From Candidatus Latescibacterota bacterium (GTDB lineage: Bacteria > Latescibacterota > UBA2968 > GCA-2709665), in NCBI GenBank assembly GCA_965205485.1, contig OZ242180.1:2112001-2176000 (forward strand): a DNA stretch of 64,000 bases, read 5' to 3'. The notes under the pieces were generated by a model that searched no databases, was not told the DNA's origin, and was given only the letters and a program-made list of their open reading frames with translations. Below, piece after piece: positions 9,200 to 16,847 of this stretch. A program made the translations under genes and the position numbers. Within the stretch, counting starts at the first letter, position 1. Each line of letters starts with the position of its first letter.

Positions 9200-9655
9200 A
9201 TGGCCAGGGGAAAAGGACGGTTTTCGTCCACCAAGACGTTTCACAACCTGCCGTGTTCGCACCGACAGGCGCATCACGACGGGCACTGTCAGTTTATTCA
9301 CGGTTACAACCGGGACATTACGTTCCATTTTACGTGCGACGAGCTGGATGAGAATCACTTTGTGGTGGATTTCGGCAAGCTCAAGGAACTGAAGGCGTGG
9401 CTGGAACACATGTTCGACCACACGATGCTGATCAACGAAAACGACCCCGAGCGAGAGCTGTTCGAGGAGATGCACCGCAGGGGGATCGTAGACTTGCGCG
9501 TGATACCCAACGTCGGGATGGAGGCATCCTCCAAATTCGCGTTCGACTATGCCGATCGGATGATACGCGAGAAGACGGACGGGCGTTGCTGGGTCTACCG
9601 GGTGGAGACGCGGGAGAATATGAACAACTCAGGGGTTTACGAGATTGTGCAATAG
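9200..9655 (+). CDS. 6-pyruvoyl/6-carboxy-tetrahydropterin synthase (QueD/PTPS family)
   Basis: CSHRQ..HCQFIHGY, VVDFGKLK, FDHTMLIN, C-terminal E..NNS. Confidence 0.85.
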   Translation: MARGKGRFSSTKTFHNLPCSHRQAHHDGHCQFIHGYNRDITFHFTCDELDENHFVVDFGKLKELKAWLEHMFDHTMLINENDPERELFEEMHRRGIVDLRVIPNVGMEASSKFAFDYADRMIREKTDGRCWVYRVETRENMNNSGVYEIVQ

Positions 9656-9711
9656 CCAGAGCCGTGAATACGCTGTAGACTCGCGCGACCGTCTTATGTG
9701 AGCTCGATCCG

Positions 9712-10737
9712 TCAGCCCCGGAACCGCAACCAGAGTCGCACATAGTGCCGCCGCCGCGCAGGGTCGGCATCGTCCTCGAATGCGGTGCGATTGTGAAGTA
9801 TCCAGCGGTTGTTCGTAAAAAGCATCTGTCCGGGTTGCAGACTGAACTCCACCCTGAATTCCGCGCGGCGAAGCAACGCTTCAACAACTTCCAGTGCGCC
9901 TCTCTGTTCGACCGTCAGCGATTTGCCGGCGCGCTCGTGACCCACCTGGATGTAATAGTACAGGTACCGGAGCGTCAATTCACCCCGGCTCCATCGAAAA
10001 ACCGGGAAATAAGACGTGGGTGAGTCCCCGGACCTGAACTGTCCCCGGCGATCGAAATAGAATCGCTGATAGAGGGTTTCGAGGACATCCGGGTGATTTT
10101 CCAGGAGTTCATTGTGGAGGGCGTAACCGCTGATCAGCTGACTCTGTCCACCGGATTTCGCCGTACGCAGGCAGAGCAGTCCCACGATGTCGGGCAGCCG
10201 TGAACCGAAGGCATTGTCATTGTGAAACGTACTCTCCGCATTGGTCACAGAAAACCTGGCTCCCTGTGTCACATTCTTCCCCGTATCACGGACGTCGTAC
10301 AATAGCGTACCCTCTATATTCTGCTCCATAGGGGCGCCAAGGCATTCGCCGGTCATCCAGTACATCGACTGCGCTTCTTCAGGTGCATATCCGTTGACCG
10401 GCACGCGATTGACGATGGCAAATCCACGCCCTGATCTGAGAGCGTCGAGTACCGGTTGAAGGCATTCTCTGCCGTCAGCCAATGACATGCCCTGGCGGGA
10501 AATCTCCGCAATGGGCAGGTCACGACCCCGTACTTCGCGTACGATGCGTTCACAGCCGGAGAGATAATCCCCCGACAGCGGGTAGTTCCAGGCTGCGGAA
10601 TCATCGATACTACCCGCCCGCCAGGCCCGCTCGTCGTTCACTTCCTCGGTCAACATCTGCGGATTGTTCATTGTCTGGTCTTCTTGCTCCAGGTCGACCA
10701 TGACGCATAAGCCGCCCGGACGCCTCCTTTCTGTCAT
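9712..10737 (-). CDS. TauD/TfdA Fe(II)/2-oxoglutarate dioxygenase (start uncertain)
   Basis: HxD in FHNDN, GLLCLRTAKSGG, NNRWILHNRTAF, RHYVRLW. Confidence 0.88.
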   Translation of the reverse strand: MTERRRPGGLCVMVDLEQEDQTMNNPQMLTEEVNDERAWRAGSIDDSAAWNYPLSGDYLSGCERIVREVRGRDLPIAEISRQGMSLADGRECLQPVLDALRSGRGFAIVNRVPVNGYAPEEAQSMYWMTGECLGAPMEQNIEGTLLYDVRDTGKNVTQGARFSVTNAESTFHNDNAFGSRLPDIVGLLCLRTAKSGGQSQLISGYALHNELLENHPDVLETLYQRFYFDRRGQFRSGDSPTSYFPVFRWSRGELTLRYLYYYIQVGHERAGKSLTVEQRGALEVVEALLRRAEFRVEFSLQPGQMLFTNNRWILHNRTAFEDDADPARRRHYVRLWLRFRG

Positions 10738-10910
10738 TTCTCGATCGAAACAAAAACATTAACTGCGGGATCCGGAACACAAGGTAAAGATAGGATTTCG
10801 ACGGTCGCGGGGCAAGCCCTGGAAACGACGGTCGATAATGTACAGGTCCGAGCCGGAGGTGTTCGCGGAACTCCGGCTCGTTTGCAGACGCGACGAAGGA
10901 TGTATATGTC

Positions 10911-11654
10911 ATGACGGGGGATAGGAAAACCGTGCTGATTACCGGCGCCACGGACGGCATCGGCCGCGCGCTTGCGGAAATCTACCACGCGCGCGACGTC
11001 AGGCTGGTACTGGTGGGCAGGCGACCGCTGGATTCGCTCAAAGAAGGACTCTACAGCGAAGAGACGTATTGCGAGGCGGACCTGTCCGGGGAGGATTGCG
11101 CGGATCAGGTGCGATCGTTTTTCAGTTCGCGGGAGATCGTTTCGCTGGACCTCGCGATTCAGAACGCGGCAGTGGGATACTACGGTACCGTGGCCGACCA
11201 GCCCGTCTCCAGCATTCGTGAGATCGTAGCCGTCAATCTTCTGGCGCCGTTGCGACTGACCCATGCGCTGGTACCATATGTGGACAATGCACGAGGCAAA
11301 CACGTACTCATCGGGTCCATCGCCCATGCGTTCCCATGTCCGGAATTCGCCGTATATGCGGCAGCCAAAGATGCGATCGACGTCTTCGGGCGCAATCTGC
11401 GCGTCGAAGGCGACGTGAACGTCCAGGTCATACACCCGGGGGCAACGCAAACGGGCATTCATCGTAAGTCCGGATGGCAGGACGATCGTTCCAGAGCCTT
11501 CCCGCCGGCGGAACGCGTCGCCCGGCGGATTGCGCGGGCGATCGACGGACGTCGACCCGTGGTGACAATCGGCATGAGAAACAGATGGCTGCGGCTCTGC
11601 GGGCGCTATTGCGACGGCGCGATCGAAGCCCTGATGCGATGGCGGGCGAAATGA
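10911..11654 (+). CDS. Short-chain dehydrogenase/reductase
   Basis: TGATDGIG, QNAAVG, YAAAK. Confidence 0.9.
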   Translation: MTGDRKTVLITGATDGIGRALAEIYHARDVRLVLVGRRPLDSLKEGLYSEETYCEADLSGEDCADQVRSFFSSREIVSLDLAIQNAAVGYYGTVADQPVSSIREIVAVNLLAPLRLTHALVPYVDNARGKHVLIGSIAHAFPCPEFAVYAAAKDAIDVFGRNLRVEGDVNVQVIHPGATQTGIHRKSGWQDDRSRAFPPAERVARRIARAIDGRRPVVTIGMRNRWLRLCGRYCDGAIEALMRWRAK

Positions 11655-12397
11655 AACACGCGGTAATAACGGGCGCGGCCAATGGAATCGGCGAGGCGCT
11701 CGCGCGCAGGCTTGTTCGCGCCGGATATTCCGTAACCGGCGTTGACGTGGATGCAAACCGGGCCGCGGTTCTCGAGCCGGAACTGGGCGCGCGGTTTGTC
11801 ATTGCCGATCTGAGTACCGATTCGGGCGTCGTACGCGTTCACGATCGACTGGCCTCGATGGATACGATCGACGTACTCATTCACAATGCGGGGATCAACG
11901 CCGTGGGACGGTTTCCCCACGTGGGTATGACGGATCAGGAGAAGGTGGTTGCGATAAACTTCCTGGCGCCCATGGTGTTGACGGCGGGGCTGCTGGGGGC
12001 CAACCGCATTGCGCCCGGCGGATCCCTGGTCTTCGTCTCCTCACTCTCGCATTACGTGAGCTATCCAGGGGCAGCGGCGTACGCGGCAACCAAGAGCGGG
12101 CTGGCGTCCTACGCGCGAAGTCTCTCCGTCGCGCTCGCCCCGCGCGAGATTCACGTTATGACGGTCTTTCCGGGTCCCACTCGCACGGCTCATGCCCACC
12201 GGTACAGCCCGGACAACTCGCGAGAGGAAAAACGCATGCCGCCGGAAGACCTGGCCGAGGCCATCTTTCGTGGAATTGGTGAGCGAAAACGTCTGCTCGT
12301 TCCAGGTTTCGGAAACCGAACGGCGGCCTTCCTTGGCGCCTGGTGTCCACGCGTTGTGGAACGGGTGATGCGGCGGGCGATGCTCGGAAGAAACTGA
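11651..12397 (+). CDS. Short-chain dehydrogenase/reductase (ATGA overlap with upstream SDR)
   Basis: TGAANGIG, HNAG, YAATK; start ATG 11651. Confidence 0.9.
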   Translation: MKHAVITGAANGIGEALARRLVRAGYSVTGVDVDANRAAVLEPELGARFVIADLSTDSGVVRVHDRLASMDTIDVLIHNAGINAVGRFPHVGMTDQEKVVAINFLAPMVLTAGLLGANRIAPGGSLVFVSSLSHYVSYPGAAAYAATKSGLASYARSLSVALAPREIHVMTVFPGPTRTAHAHRYSPDNSREEKRMPPEDLAEAIFRGIGERKRLLVPGFGNRTAAFLGAWCPRVVERVMRRAMLGRN

Positions 12398-12421
12398 GGA
12401 TGGGATTGAAGCAGGCAAAGT

Positions 12422-12459
12422 TGCAAGCCCCGGATCGAATTCTGGATCCGGGGCTTGCA
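12422..12459. terminator. Hairpin between convergent SDR and TonB-receptor genes
   Basis: TGCAAGCCCCGGATC-gaattctg-GATCCGGGGCTTGCA, 15-bp perfect stem. Confidence 0.6.
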
Positions 12460-12535
12460 GTTGTGCGCAATGAACCATCCCTGGGGAAGACCGCAGGCTA
12501 TCCGCTGGCGCATCGCCGTCGACTCGGGGGGGAAA

Positions 12536-14857
12536 CTAGAAGAAATACATCTTGTAGTTCAGTTTAAGGCTGCGTCCGGTTTCGGGCATTACGGACCGGA
12601 TGCGCGACAGGTGGTTTCGGTATTCCGTGTCGAAGAGATTCTCAAGGGAAAGGATAAAGCTGTGGCGGGCCTGATTTGTGAGGAAATCCCGCTGTAAGTA
12701 AACGCCGAAGACGGAATAACCTGCGGTGGGGTCCTCGTAGGTATCCACGCGTTCCTGACCCGCGGCCCACTCCATGGTCCCTCCCCCGGTAAGCCAGTGG
12801 TGCCTGTAGGTTGCGCTGCCCACAAACTTAAGCGGCGGCATTTCGGGCAGGGGCATGCGGTCGTTCCGGTTTTCGCCGCGCACGTGGCTCAGGTTTATCT
12901 CCAGTTCCAGGCGCGCGTTCGGACGCCATTTCAGGTGGGTCTCCACGCCCGTCATTCTCGCGTCTATACCTTCCGCGGCGTAGATGGGAAGTAGCTGGGC
13001 AAAGTTGATTTCTCCCGTATTTCGCGGCGCGATGTAATTGTCGAATTCGTTCCAGAATCCCGTGAAGACCAGGTCGAATCCCGGCTGCAGATAGTGGAAG
13101 AATGCCTCCGCGCCGAAACTGCGTTCGGCATTGAGTTCCACATTGCCCTTCTCAAAGGTGTAAGCGGCCAGGTGCGGTCCCTCGTTGTAGAGTTCCTCGA
13201 TGGTGGGCGCGCGCTGGGAGCGGCTGAGGTTGAATCCAGCGGTCAACTGGTCGGTAATCGGCACGAGCGGGCTGAATGCCGCGGACCATGTATGGAAGAC
13301 GCGGTCTACGTCCAGGCTCTTGTTGGTGATTGTCTGGAGGCGCGGGTCGAAGGTGGCATAGGCGTACCGGGCCGCGGCCTGTAATTCGATATTGCGCCAG
13401 GTAGTTTCGTGATACAGCCCGAAGTTGACGTCCTGCTTTCGTGTGGGCGGGGTGAAGACAAACGCGCCCAGCTTGAGATTGCGATGGTCGAAGCCGGCGG
13501 TGAGAACAATGTTTTGTTCCTGGTTTCCCGTGTTCAGGTAGAGCTTGAGATCGCCGCTGTAGTCGTGAAAGAGGAATTCGGAACCGATGCTGCCGCTTGA
13601 TTCGTACTCGACGTGGTAGTAATAGGCCTTCGTAAAGCCCGCCTCGATTCGGTCGGCCGTTCCGCCGTCAAACCGATGGACAGCCTTCCCGTCGAAGACC
13701 CGGCGCATGATATCGAGGTCCGCGCCATTGGGATGCGCGCCGATGAAGCCGCCCGGAATGCCGTACTGAGTCTCGAACTGATCGAATGAAGCGCCGACGT
13801 ACCCCCGGTCGCCCGCGTAAGACAGGCCGAGGGCATATGTGCGGGTGTTGATGGGCGTGTTGGCAAGCCGGCCGACCGGGGTCTGGATGTCCCTGGTATC
13901 CCGGTAGGTGGACTCGGCATGCATCGCGAGCGGCCCCAGGGGCGCCGTGAGGGCGGCGGACGAGAAGTAACCCCGGTTCGCAGTCTCTCCGTAGGCGCCC
14001 ACGCTCCCGAAGAAGCGCTCCGGTCGGGTTTCGGGGATCCTGTGCTTGACGATGTTGATTACCCCGCCGCCGGCCGTGGACGTGTGCAGCAACGTGCGGG
14101 GCCCGCGGATGATTTCCAGGCGTTCCGCGTTGAAAGTCTCGACAGTTACCGCATGATCGGCCGAAGTTGCGGAAAGGTCCTGAGACTGAATGCCGTCGAC
14201 GTTGATCTGTACGCGGTCGCCGCTGAGCCCGCGGATGACGGGGCGGGCCGGCGCCGGACCCATGCTCTGGATGGCAACGCCGAGTTCATTCTTCATGGTC
14301 TCGGCCAACGTGATGCTGTATTTCTTCCTGAGTTCGTCGCCCGAAAGCACCCGGGTGGCCTCATGCAGTTCCTCAAATCGGGTTTCAGCGCGTTCGGCCA
14401 CAACGTCAATGGGGTCCAGCAGGTGATCCAGCCGCGTCAGTTCCAGATAAACAACAGGATGCTTGGCACCCGAGATGTTCAGTTGGTGGTTCGTTTCCTG
14501 ATAGCCGACGTGCGTAAGCGAAAGCCGATAGTCACCCGGTGACAGATGGAGTACGAACCGGCCTTTTTCGTCGGTAGACGCGCCCGGGGAGTGATCTGCG
14601 GATTGGACGTTCACGTTCCAGATGGGCAACCCTGTCTCGCTGTCGAAGACGTACCCTTCGATCAACACGGCCTGCGTTGCCGAGCTGATACCCGCCGGAA
14701 AGCCCAGAAACAGCAACGTGAGCGCCGACAGGATGAAGGATATCCGGATGGCGAAACGGTGGCTGGAGCCGTCACCGGGGTGCAGATACGTTAACCTGAA
14801 CAAGTGAGCCATCTGGAATGTGCTCCGACGTTGCAGATGGCGGGAGGGCGAGAACAA
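12536..14857 (-). CDS. TonB-dependent outer-membrane receptor (metal-uptake type, ZnuD-like by inference)
   Basis: N-terminal CarboxypepD-like domain, plug RPVIRGL..RLEIIRGP, barrel with ELYNEGPHLAA, C-terminal NLFDTEYRNHLS and terminal F; TTG start with GGGAGG SD (alternative ATG 14812). Confidence 0.92.
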   Translation of the reverse strand: MFSPSRHLQRRSTFQMAHLFRLTYLHPGDGSSHRFAIRISFILSALTLLFLGFPAGISSATQAVLIEGYVFDSETGLPIWNVNVQSADHSPGASTDEKGRFVLHLSPGDYRLSLTHVGYQETNHQLNISGAKHPVVYLELTRLDHLLDPIDVVAERAETRFEELHEATRVLSGDELRKKYSITLAETMKNELGVAIQSMGPAPARPVIRGLSGDRVQINVDGIQSQDLSATSADHAVTVETFNAERLEIIRGPRTLLHTSTAGGGVINIVKHRIPETRPERFFGSVGAYGETANRGYFSSAALTAPLGPLAMHAESTYRDTRDIQTPVGRLANTPINTRTYALGLSYAGDRGYVGASFDQFETQYGIPGGFIGAHPNGADLDIMRRVFDGKAVHRFDGGTADRIEAGFTKAYYYHVEYESSGSIGSEFLFHDYSGDLKLYLNTGNQEQNIVLTAGFDHRNLKLGAFVFTPPTRKQDVNFGLYHETTWRNIELQAAARYAYATFDPRLQTITNKSLDVDRVFHTWSAAFSPLVPITDQLTAGFNLSRSQRAPTIEELYNEGPHLAAYTFEKGNVELNAERSFGAEAFFHYLQPGFDLVFTGFWNEFDNYIAPRNTGEINFAQLLPIYAAEGIDARMTGVETHLKWRPNARLELEINLSHVRGENRNDRMPLPEMPPLKFVGSATYRHHWLTGGGTMEWAAGQERVDTYEDPTAGYSVFGVYLQRDFLTNQARHSFILSLENLFDTEYRNHLSRIRSVMPETGRSLKLNYKMYFF

Positions 14858-14877
14858 CCCTCCCGCCGCGTTTCCTG

Positions 14878-16131
14878 CTACGGTGCGGTGATTGCCACCG
14901 AAATGGGCGCGAATTCGTCTTCCGCCTCGCCGTCGTGGAGAATGGAAAGCGTTATGGTGGTGGTGCCGGCCTTCTTGCCGATGAGTCTGAAGGCCCAGTA
15001 TTCGGGCGCTACCGGCGGATCGATGGCGAGCAACGAGGTGTCGGCCACCGCAATCCCAAGCGTCTCGTCGGGCGCTTCCGGCTGGAATTCCACATCGTGT
15101 TCGTCAAAGAAGAACGCCGCGATGTGGTCGGTTGTATCACCGACGGCGACAGTCAGGGCCTCGGTGGCTTCACCTTCTCCCTTCAGGGGCGCCTGCGTGA
15201 GCAGCTCACCGCTATCTTCCTCTTTGAGCCGAACGCCCACGGGTTCCTCGTGCTGGCCCTCCTGTGACTCCACGTGTACGGGAATAGGCTGTGTGCGGTA
15301 GTCAACGTGCCCTTCGTGTTTGACTTCGAATACAATGGTGGTTTCGCCCTCCTGCAAACCGCGCAGGTGGAAGTCGAAAGAACCCTCGTCTCCCTCGTCC
15401 TGGTGGACTTCGAGTATGTCGGGATCGGCAATGGTCCAGCCGAACGTGAATTCGGGATCGTCCGGCGGGTCTAATTCCTCTCCGTGTTCGTCCAGAAACA
15501 TGATGCGCCAGTGAGGCGTCAGGCCGATCGGGGCCGAGAGTTCCGATACCCGACCTTCGCCGGAGTCGATCTCGCCCTGGAAATACCGGAAGAATCGAAC
15601 GCCGGATTCGATGATGACCAGCCCTTCCGCCTCGAACTCTCCGACCACATGCACCGGGAGCGGCAGCGTGGTGAAGTCCACGTGCCCTTCGTGCGAAATC
15701 TGAAGCCTGATGGTGGTTTCACCATCTTCGAGGCCGCGCAGGGCGAAGACGAATTTACCCGCTTCCCCCGCGTCCTGGACGACTTCCACAATATCTTTAT
15801 CCGCGATTTCCCAAGTGAAACTGAAGCCCTCGCCGGTGGGGGGCGCCATTTCGTTTCCGTCTTTGTCCAGGAAGCGGATGCTCCACTTGCTGGTGACTTC
15901 GCCGTGATGGACTTCCAGGGCTTCCGCCCGGCCGTCGCCCGAGTCGATCCTGCCCTGGAAATAGCGGAAGAACCGCTGGCCTCCGTCGAGGAGGACGAGG
16001 CCTTCGGCTTCGTAATGCTCTTCCTGTGGCGTAACGGGGTCATCTTTTCCACAACCGGACAGGAATACGGCGACAACCGCCGCCGATGCAATCCAGTGAA
16101 GGGATGTTTTCATCTTCAGCATGCTGAACAT
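14878..16131 (-). CDS. Lipoprotein with three tandem ~125-aa beta-rich repeats carrying HEGHVD motifs; putative metal-binding
   Basis: Lipobox FLSG/C; repeats begin EAEGLV..FFRYFQG twice, third copy degenerate; acidic and His-rich; AGGAG SD before ATG 16131. Confidence 0.8.
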   Translation of the reverse strand: MFSMLKMKTSLHWIASAAVVAVFLSGCGKDDPVTPQEEHYEAEGLVLLDGGQRFFRYFQGRIDSGDGRAEALEVHHGEVTSKWSIRFLDKDGNEMAPPTGEGFSFTWEIADKDIVEVVQDAGEAGKFVFALRGLEDGETTIRLQISHEGHVDFTTLPLPVHVVGEFEAEGLVIIESGVRFFRYFQGEIDSGEGRVSELSAPIGLTPHWRIMFLDEHGEELDPPDDPEFTFGWTIADPDILEVHQDEGDEGSFDFHLRGLQEGETTIVFEVKHEGHVDYRTQPIPVHVESQEGQHEEPVGVRLKEEDSGELLTQAPLKGEGEATEALTVAVGDTTDHIAAFFFDEHDVEFQPEAPDETLGIAVADTSLLAIDPPVAPEYWAFRLIGKKAGTTTITLSILHDGEAEDEFAPISVAITAP

Positions 16132-16445
16132 TAATGTTCTCCTGTGTACCAGAATGTAACTTCGCCCGATAATCGCATGAACATCCGCCTGTGTGGCGGA
16201 CGAACTGCAGTTGTGCCGGCAAGTTACCGACACGCAAATTCACCGGGCCGGTTATCCGCCTTTGCGGATGCAGCCTGACCCGGAGAGGGGCGGGAATGCG
16301 CGATACGCAGTTCCAAGAGCCTACCCGCATACAGGACCGAGCCACATTTATGCAAGCGCGGATTCTAGCCGGGGCGGACCTGGAACGATCTAGTTGAAAA
16401 ATCCGGAAGTACTGAGGATGTGTCATGAAGACACGTGAGGATGGA

Positions 16446-16721
16446 TCAGAACACAGGAGGGGCGCGTCTTTCAGGCAGAAGGAGGGAAGAGCGCGGGGAA
16501 CGGAACGAGGAGAAACCCCGCCTGAAATGCAGAAAACAAAGTTGCAACACCAGCACTGCCGGCAGACCGATGCTCAGGTTGTTGAACCAGGCGCAGACAG
16601 TACATTGTTGATCGTGATCGTGTCCGGGGAATGCGGCAAGCAGGAAAACCGCGAGGTAGGCCGTGAATATTGCCAGAGCGAAAGTGGCAAAAGGATGAAT
16701 CCGTCTGCAGGAAAAAAACAT
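16446..16721 (-). CDS. DUF2946/CruR-like leader peptide (TM helix, HDHD, CxxC, C-terminal RAPP)
   Basis: 91 aa: FATFALAIFTAYLAVFLLAAF-PGHDHDQQCTVC...ERRAPPVF*; lies upstream of, and co-oriented with, the lipoprotein and TBDR. Confidence 0.75.
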   Translation of the reverse strand: MFFSCRRIHPFATFALAIFTAYLAVFLLAAFPGHDHDQQCTVCAWFNNLSIGLPAVLVLQLCFLHFRRGFSSFRSPRSSLLLPERRAPPVF

Positions 16722-16847
16722 CCCTACCGTCTCCGGAAGAGTACAGAACTTACCGGGATCCGTACGGAAATATACCGGAAACCATCGGTTTCGTCAAGTG
16801 AACGGAAGGCCGGAAGCAGCCGATGCGAGTCAGGTCTGTGCCGATCG

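Noticed and set aside
16140..16445. Cobalamin riboswitch upstream of the TBDR operon, or the 128-aa ORF 16040-16426
   Set aside because: No GGGAA..GCCCCCG..CUGU or B12-box pattern is visible; the ORF overlaps the lipoprotein out of frame and has no recognisable motif
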